Assembly (NCBI RefSeq): GCF_006345805.1
Contig: NC_043011.1
Coordinates: forward strand, 26,982,464-27,046,463
Origin: Octopus sinensis
Lineage: Eukaryota
DNA: 64,000 nucleotides
Direction of reading: 5' to 3'
The position numbers and the translations under genes were made by a program. Shown here in pieces: positions 54,812-64,000 of the stretch. The notes below the pieces were generated by a model, which saw only the letters and a list, made by a program, of their open reading frames with translations, was not told the DNA's origin and did no database searches. How positions within the stretch are numbered: position 1 is the stretch's first letter; each line of letters opens with the position of its first letter.

Positions 54812-55933
54812 CATTACAAAGGTAATAATCATTTCTTTACAATATATGGCAGGATTAGAAGTTTGAATTTGAAATTAAGAAATAAAGAAAAAGATGCATT
54901 GAATGCATTTAATTAATTTTTTAATTGTTTTGTTGCTTGTTTATTAGAAATTTGTTAAAATTTCTTCTTAGGGGCAATCGTGTATAGAACTATTTCATTC
55001 TTTTCAGAAATCTTCTGCATACACAGTATATACATATCACACACACAAAACTTATATACTCATGCATACATGCGCGCATACACACACACACACACAATTA
55101 TGTGTTTGTGTGTGTGCATATATGTCTGTGTGTCTAATAATAATGATGATGATAGTAATGCTAGTAATAATGAAAATAATAATAATGATTTATTCAATGA
55201 AATCCACTTGTGCAATCTAAGAAAAAACAAGTTCTGCATGACTGACTGGTGGTGCAGTTCCTTGTAACTGCATCAAGTCCAACTTGCCAAAATATTACTG
55301 CAATTTGCTATGTATCTCATAGGTATGAAACCCTGTTTTTCATGCCTAACCTTTTCCAGTTTACCATTTATTTAATGTAATTATTACAAACTATCTTACT
55401 TGTGCACATTCCAAGGAATGTTTTTCTTCTCTTCACCCTTCTTTTAGTTTTAATTTTCTTTTGAAGAACAAGAAGCATTCCAAAATTTTGAAACCCTCCT
55501 TGCGCTTTCTTCATGAAAAATGCTTATGTATCATCCATTTTTCATTTGCATCATTTTAAAAATTCTTCATTACACACACACACACCACACACACACACAC
55601 ACACACCACACACACACACACACACACTCACACGTATTATGATATATAATCATTTATATACTATAGCGTTCAAATATATGTATGTGATGTGTGTATCTAT
55701 ATACATCATGGTGATGCATGAATATTTATATCAAATCATGCAAGCACACACCACACATATATACATACATATACATACATACATATACATATATATATAT
55801 AGCTATAACTCAGGACCTGGCAGCACTTTTTTGTTTTGCGATTAAAACAAAATATCCATCAATTTTATATCTTTATATCCTTCAAATAAATCAAAATGAC
55901 AATTCCATCTGCATATATATTATTGTGTGTGTA

Positions 55934-56022
<89 letters not shown>

Positions 56023-56272
56023 ATGCACTAGTTTATTGTCTCCCTGCAACATTGCCAGCTGTCATGAATCTTTCTCAGAAGATTCTGAAGCGACAGTATT
56101 CATAACATCTGGCCATGTTATCAGAAGGTTATAAGCACTCTACTCTTTATCACTTTACTCTTTCTTATTGTGAATAGCAATGATTACCTGATCAAAATCG
56201 ATCTATTACATTAGTTTCAGATAAATAAATAAAATAAAGGACTTGTGTTTCTTGTTTATGTATCTAAATGAA

Positions 56273-56308
<36 letters not shown>

Positions 56309-56668
56309 CACACCTGCACATACAGACATGTTTATATACTGCACTTGTAAAAACATGTGATGCATATGGAGAAAGAGACCTTGCATGCATTTAAAATGAG
56401 CTTATGAAATTTATGGAAAAGGAAGACCTGGGATGACTTGTGAAGACATTCTTTTATTCTTTTACTTGTTTCAGTCATTTGATTGCAGCCATGCTGGAGC
56501 ACCACCTTTAGTTGAACAAATCAGCCCCAAGACTTATTCTTTGTAAGACTAGCACTTTTCTATTGGTCTCTTTTGCCGAACCACTAAGTTATGGAGATGT
56601 AAACATTCCAACACCAGTTGTCAAACGATGGTAGGAAGACAAACATAGACACACACGCACACACACAA

Positions 56669-56703
<35 letters not shown>

Positions 56704-58851
56704 CACACACACACAAACAACAGGCTTCTTTCAGTTTCTGTCTACCAAATACTCTCACAAGGCTTTGGTTGGCCCAGGGCTACAGTAGAAGACACTTGCC
56801 CAAGGTGCCTTACAGTGAGACTGAACCTGGAACCATGTGGTTGGGAAGCAAGCTTCTTATCACACAGTCACACCTGCGCCTTTCCCAGGCTGTTGCTGCT
56901 TATGGAGATGACAGCGTACTGTATTAATTGGGAGGACACATTACTGGAAAAAATCTGATCCCTGTGCAAGCTTGAAACATATATTCAAATGGGAGGTGGG
57001 TAATGATGGAAGTTGGGATATGTATTTTAAAACTATATTTGGTCATTTCACCAATTTTTTACTGTTAATTTGCCATCTGCTACTATTACTTCATCATCAT
57101 CATCGTTTAACGTCCGTTCTCCATGCTAGCATGGGTTGACGGTTCGACCGGGGATCTGGGAAGCCAGAAGGCTGCACCAGGCTCCGGTCTTATCTGGCAA
57201 TGTTTCTACAGCTGGATGCCCTTCCTAACGCCAACCACTCCGTGAGTGTAGTGGGTGCTTTTTACGTGCCACCTGCACTGGAGCCAAGCGAGGCTGGCAT
57301 CGGCCATGGTCGGATTGGTGCATTTTACGTGCCACCGGCACGGAAGCCAGTCGAGGCGGCACTGGCTTCGGCCACGATTCGGATGGTGGATTATTTGATA
57401 TTATCTCTCTTTCATCCCTTCCCTCATTTGCCATAACATATAATTTGTTAAATAAGAGAAAACATTGAATCTGTCTATATTTCTACAACTACCCAGATTT
57501 CACTACTCCTGTCTTCTCTTAACTCATGATGCTTGAATAAGAGGGATTTCATTGGATCTTGTGGTACCTGATACACCCCTTCTCTTACTACTATGCTAAT
57601 AAATAATGCTAGTAAATACCCCCATCACCCTCAGGTCACTCCTTTATTGACATCCATCACTCACTCACCATGTAATATAACTCTTCTATGCAGCTAGATT
57701 TCATTTCTTTGTTCCTTCTCATTCTTTACTGACATCTATCACTTTCACTATCAACCATTTCTATATTTGTCCATCACTTGCTTTTTATTTTCCTCTCTTT
57801 CTCTTTTATCAGCAGACAAAAGCTCCCTCTCTCATCATGGTGTCTGAGTAATGAGGTTTTTGCATTAATCCTTTAGATAGCAACCCAGCTGAAACCGCCT
57901 CTGGCTCTGTAGTACAAATGTCTTGTTTTCATAAGTTTTGAATTAAAATCTTCCACCAAATCTTAGTCACAATTTATGTTTCTAACACCAGCTTAATGGT
58001 AACTATGTTATTTTACTAAATTCTTTGTTATATTCAAAATTAATTGAAAGAGATAGCATCTCAAAATAAATATTGTAACAAAAGGGTTAAATCTGGTGGT
58101 GTCCAATACACTCCACTCATTCTCACTTGATCTCTCTCCCTTTTATAAGCAAATATGTATTTGTCTTTAGTGTGTCTCCCCTGTGCTGTGAACCATTACC
58201 ATCCTTCTGTCAATTCATCCTTATAATTTTGTTTTTTAATTGTAGCTTGTCCTTTTATTCAACACACCTACCTACCCCCACTCCCACTAGCTAACATTAT
58301 CTTTATGTACTGGTAGCTACTATTCCTTTCCCTAAGTCACTGATATGGCATCCTTCACACTTTCTCACCACAAACCACCCTTTAACTATTCAGTCTCTTG
58401 CCTGCTATCCCATCCAATTACCATCTCTATCATTATATATTCTTTTGTTCTTTTATTCTTTTACTTGATTCAGTCATTTGACAGTGGCTATGCTGGAGCA
58501 CCACCTTTAGTTGAACAAATCAACTCCGGGACTTATTCTCTGTAAGCCTAGTACTTATTTTATCGGGCTCTTTTGCTGAACCACTAAGTTACATGGATAT
58601 AAATACATAAAATATATTCATCTATTTTCTGTATGCGTTTGTGTGTGTATGTGCATGTAATGTGTGTGTGTATATATAAGGCTCTAGAATTTACAAAACT
58701 CCATACTTTCATCAATAATAGATAATGACACATACACACAAACATGGATATCAGAAAATTGATATGCATATAGATGAAAAAAAAAGATGACATTAATTTC
58801 TTTGCTGTAAGCATGGATGCCAGAAATTCCCTAGAAATTTTAAAACTAATT

Positions 58852-58886
<35 letters not shown>

Positions 58887-60758
58887 TAAATTTAATGTAA
58901 AATGAATTTTGTATCATTATTGGAGCAATTGATAGAAATAGTCTATTAGTTTCCAAAAATATAAATGGGTACCAAGCAAATAAATTCAGAAATTCCTAAT
59001 TCAGCTGTTCACTGACTTGAACCTATAAGTTACAGTGTGTGTTACTTAAAAATGATAAGTACTTTAGATGTAACATTCAACCTTATTAACAAAATATTCC
59101 AACCACTGTATATGACAATATAAACCATCCAGTATGTAATTCAAAGAAATCAAACTGTCTGCACAAATCTCATAATCACTTATGATGAACTAACAGTCAA
59201 CTTAGCAAATATATGCAACATGCTGGCATCTAGTGGTTTCATAGAAGCTCTTACACCCTTTTTGAGGAAGTGAGGCATAAAGAACATGCCATACAATCCA
59301 TAGTATTTTATAAATATAAGTACACTGATAAGTAAAAACCTTTTCCATCTTATAAGAACCCATTTTCTTCCTGGATAGTACAAAAAAGTTTTAGTTCAAA
59401 CCTGGTTAAAATAGATGTTTAAATTGTAATGAATTTTGCTAGCACTTTAATATCTACTTATGATAAGAAAATATTTAATAATTTTAATCCCCAAAGCACA
59501 ACCAGTAGATATGGAAATGTAGTTTCCATTCTCACTCTGTCCTTCTAGTCAATGCAAACAGCTTGGAAAACTCACTTAAATATGTCACAACTGTAACATC
59601 AAAGATGAACTGAAATAGCATTGATGCTATGACTGTGGACCAACTTAAAATCAGAGTCTAACATCATAACTATACATTTAGAATGTTACCAAAAAAAATA
59701 AAAAATAAAAATAAAAATAAAAATTGGATAGAAAGCTGGCAACAAAAATGGTGTTTGTAAAATAGCAATATATCTCATGGTGCCTCATAGCTACAGTGTC
59801 AACTAATATACAATCAAATACTTTCTGAAATCATTGGAGCTTAGAAAAGCTATTGAACTTGAAACATCAGTCAAAATATTGAATAGGCATATAGAATTAA
59901 TCTCTTCATGCACTTACAAGCTTAAGTGTCGCCTAAAAATTTTAACAACTTTCTAATAACAGTAACGCCAAATCTCAATAGAACATATTCCTTTTCATTT
60001 TCTATTTTATCTTAAAATAGGAATGGATTTATTCAGTATTATCCTTTATATATTGAACTACACATAGCAAAGTTGAAAATACTTCATCGTGATGTCCTAG
60101 TATGGCCACAACAAAATGGCTGTAACCAGCAAAAGATACAGACTTTTGTATTGCTCTTGTAAGCATGTGTGTGAAAAAATAACCTCAAATTCCTCTAAAA
60201 TTAAAAAAAACTTTAAAAAAATAAAATGATCAAATATAGAGAAAAATGTAAAGATTTAAAATGAAAAAGACCTTTTAATCTAAATGTTCAGAATGTTTTT
60301 TGGCTTTCAATTAAAATAAAAAAAAAATTCTTTATTTGTTCTTTTCGAGAATGTAAAATTGTCATAAGAAAATTTCTTAAATGTGCAAACAAAATTGTTA
60401 CAAGTACAACATGTACAAGCAGAACTACAAGCAAAATTTTGCAAATCGAATAATATTGTTTCTTTTTGGTATTATCTGATGTATACATTTTGAGATGCAG
60501 ATATTTTTTTCCCCATGTAGATATTTCCTAAATACGTAACAAAGATATCTTTATTATTATTTTTTTATAATTGTTTCAATTCAAAGTATATAATTTCAAT
60601 TTCACAATCCACAATACATTGTCTATATATTTGCTTGTGAATGGGTGTGTGTATAGTCTATAATGTGCACAAATATATATGTGTATGTTCATACACATGC
60701 ACTTACAATATACATTCAAAAAGAGAGATACTCTGTGTACCTGTATAGCTTTCTGTGG

Positions 60759-60805
<47 letters not shown>

Positions 60806-61147
60806 CATTCATCTACACATGTATTTATATGTGCGTGTGAAGGCATGTGATCATACAGTTGGGGTGTTGAACCTACAAATGTAAAGTTATAGTTTCAATT
60901 CCCAAACTGGGCAGTGATTTGTGATCTTGATCAAAACACTTCATTTCATATACATTCATATATCTATGTGTATGAATAAATATATGTGTGTGTGTGTATG
61001 TATGTATGTATGCATGATGTATATATATAATATATATGTGCGTGTGCATATATATATATAAATATTGAAAAAAAATATGCATTTGGCCAAATTTGGACAT
61101 ACAATAGTTATACATAATAGCAATGATATATAATATATATATATATA

Positions 61148-61196
<49 letters not shown>

Positions 61197-61530
61197 TGGA
61201 TAGGTAGGCAACTATACAAATATGTATATATATATATATATATATATTTGTATATATATTTGTATATTTCCCAATAGAGGTTTATTTCTTTTAGCTTGTT
61301 TTTGTTTAAATTATACATATAATGCATGTATATACACAAAAGACATATTTACATACAGTCGTGGTTAAAAGTTTGGAACATTTGTTTTTAAAATTAAAAT
61401 TGTTATACCCAAGTACAATTCAGTTCAAATATATACTATGTGTTTATTTGGGCATCTAATCTAAGAGTTCTAACTTTTGCCCATGACTGTATCTATATAT
61501 TTATATACATACATGCGTATATATATATAA

Positions 61531-61748
61531 AAATACAAAATGGAACAAGAACGCAAAACATCCAAGTAGATGATACAAAAAACACAGACGGGTTATTCGA
61601 AGCCTTTAATCTTCAGTCAAGAACCGGATCATTCTCGCAATTTCGGATGATCTGGTTCTTCACTGAAGATTAAAGGCTTCGAATGACCTGTCTGTGTTTT
61701 TTGTATCGTCTATTTGGATGCTTTGTGTTCTTGTCCTATTTTGTATTT
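61531..61748. repeat. Fold-back hairpin (~105-bp arms, ~12-nt loop) related to the 45-46 kb repeat family
   Basis: The right arm is the reverse complement of the left arm with scattered mismatches; shares aaatacaaaat..aacaagaacgcaaaacatcc and tcgcaatttcgg with the 44969 and 45811 copies. Confidence 0.88.
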
Positions 61749-61753
61749 ATATA

Positions 61754-61793
<40 letters not shown>

Positions 61794-62282
61794 GTGTGTA
61801 ACAGTTAACTGAATTTTAGATTATACTATTAAATGTGATGCATAAAAAAAGCAAGCTGATGTGTTTCATAGTAAGCACTGTTGCATATTAAAACACACTT
61901 GTCAGGTCAAGAGTTGAACATCAACTGAAAATATACTAAAAGTGTACCCACACTTCACTGCACCACTCATGTTTATTTTTTTTTATTACATTATTTTCTC
62001 CTGTTTGGATTGTCACTGTTGAGTGGAGGACAAATTAAATTTACATCAGAAATGTTCCTGTTTTACCTAAATGACATTATAAAGGTTTATTTTGATGAAA
62101 TTTCTAAAAGACTGGCATAACAGAATCTCTATATATTTGTGTATTTGTTTGTTTATGTTTAAGTTATTCTACTCTAAATCTCTATATAATTCAAGTGTCA
62201 CAGCCGTCTCTCTTTACAGTGTGTCCTGTGCACATATCTACATTTATATAAACAGATATGTATATAAAACGTATAAAAGAAT

Positions 62283-62334
<52 letters not shown>

Positions 62335-62450
62335 GCATAAAAGAATATATATATTATATATATATATCTTTTATCTTTTACTTCAGTCATTGGAGTGTGA
62401 CCATGCTGGAGCTATACACACACACACACATATATATGTATGTGTGTGTG

Positions 62451-62502
<52 letters not shown>

Positions 62503-62829
62503 AACAGACACACACACACACACATTGGCAAACCACATGTATAACCACAAAAAAATCATTGGATGTAGAAGAGTAAATTTTTTAAAAGACAGGCATGAAA
62601 GACTTACATTCATGACTCTGAGTTTCTTGACAGTGATTTATTTGAGACTCACTATCATTCATTAACTGTTTCATGCATGTTTAAAATGTGCTTACTTCTG
62701 TATTAAATACGCTTGCAACAACTGATGAACAATAAGAGATATTAAACAAACTGTAGTTGGAAAACTCTGTTCTGAATCATAGGTGTTCCGTGCCTGCATC
62801 TTTAATAAATATATTTACATACGTGTGCT

Positions 62830-62861
<32 letters not shown>

Positions 62862-64000
62862 CTATATATATATATATATCATCGTCATCCAGTGTTTTAT
62901 CGGGGGTGGCTGGATCTACCTCAATGCCATAGCAATGGAGGTAGGTAGGTGCAGCCCACCCCAACCTTTGGGCTGGCTGGTGCTCATTCTCCTTTGCTAT
63001 CATGGGGCTTTTTAGGAGCTGGATTTTCTATGGGGGACATGTCCTTGCTTACCCCCAATCTCAGTTTCTAGACATAAGTGGACCCGAGACCAAGGCCTCT
63101 ACCATGATCTTTAAGAAATGTGGTGGAAAACAAGCTCAGGAAGGCAGGGACTCTACTCCTTGAGACCCCTTTTGGAGCCCCCCTACCTACCTATATATAT
63201 ATATATATATATATTGGGCTTCTTTACAGTTTCTGTCTACCAAATCCACTTACAAGGCCTTGGTTGGTCTGAGGCTATAGTAGAAGACACTTGCCCAAGA
63301 TGCAATGCAGTTGGATTGATTTTTGGAAAAAACAGACAGGACTTGAACCCACATCAGTAAACATGATAGATGTTCTATCATTGGACCAAAGCAATCCTTC
63401 AAATTTCTTTAGTCATTTTAGAAACTATCCTTACCATGTTGTTGACATCATAAGAATTAATATACTTGAAGAGAATGTTGAATAATTGTTTTTTTAGAAC
63501 AATGGATCTCAAAGTGCATAAAGCTGTAAATAATTATGTAAATCTTGGGGTTAAAAAAAGAAACAACTCCTTGGATTGAAAAAGTTGAAGGCATGATTCT
63601 TCAGTTTCTGTCTACTAATTTCATTCACAAGGTGTATAGAACATCAGCTGACAGCATCCAGTCAGTGGGACCAAACCTTGAACCATGTGATTCTAAAGTG
63701 AACCTTTCAATCATAAGGCCATACTGTTTCTTTCTTATCATGGGTAATGGACTGGCAGAGTTGTTAGAGCATTGGACAAAGGGCTTTGCAGTATTTGCTC
63801 TGACTCCTTATCTCTGGAGATCAAATCCTGCTGAGGTCAAATATGTCTTTTCCCCTTTCCTGATAAAATAAAGTACCAGTCAGCTACTGGCAGTCAATCA
63901 TATAAGCTACCTCACCCTTCAAAATTGCTGTTCTTGAATATTAATTAGAAAAAGAGGGTAGTGGATTGCTGAAACCATTGAAGCGGCTGACAAAATATTT

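Overview
AT-rich, microsatellite- and SINE-dense animal genomic DNA. The repeat families resemble octopus (coleoid cephalopod) SINEs; the species is inferred, not proven. None of the listed ORFs is a real intact gene: most are microsatellite or repeat noise and a few are decayed transposon frames. The real gene is invisible to the ORF track. Five short + strand exons (674-733, 17466-17548, 18985-19051, 41038-41062, 51650-51684) span 51 kb and splice in frame through canonical AG/GT sites. They encode PFLLQLGETEVLVMTRDKKQVVYRHCYTEISSCGRRLDTMKIFAYICGETTCSIAQNFKCHIFEAESIDDAKIILCAIGQGFHRTTFYV*, the C-terminal part of a PTB (PID) domain ending in a likely class II PDZ ligand (-FYV). The 5' part of the gene lies upstream of the window. 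The introns contain decayed transposons (DD37D maT, mariner, hAT/Buster with a nested solo LTR, R4/Dong-type, RTE and Penelope-like retroelements), MITEs, several long fold-back inverted repeats, a 181-bp minisatellite and a CpG-rich, promoter-like inverted-repeat cassette in the last intron. I see no clearly novel biological system. The best leads are the hidden gene with its 25-nt frame-shifting microexon, the 42.3-43.7 kb cassette and the direct-repeat/hairpin element family at 45-46 kb and 61.5 kb. All coordinates were read by eye; repeat boundaries are approximate.
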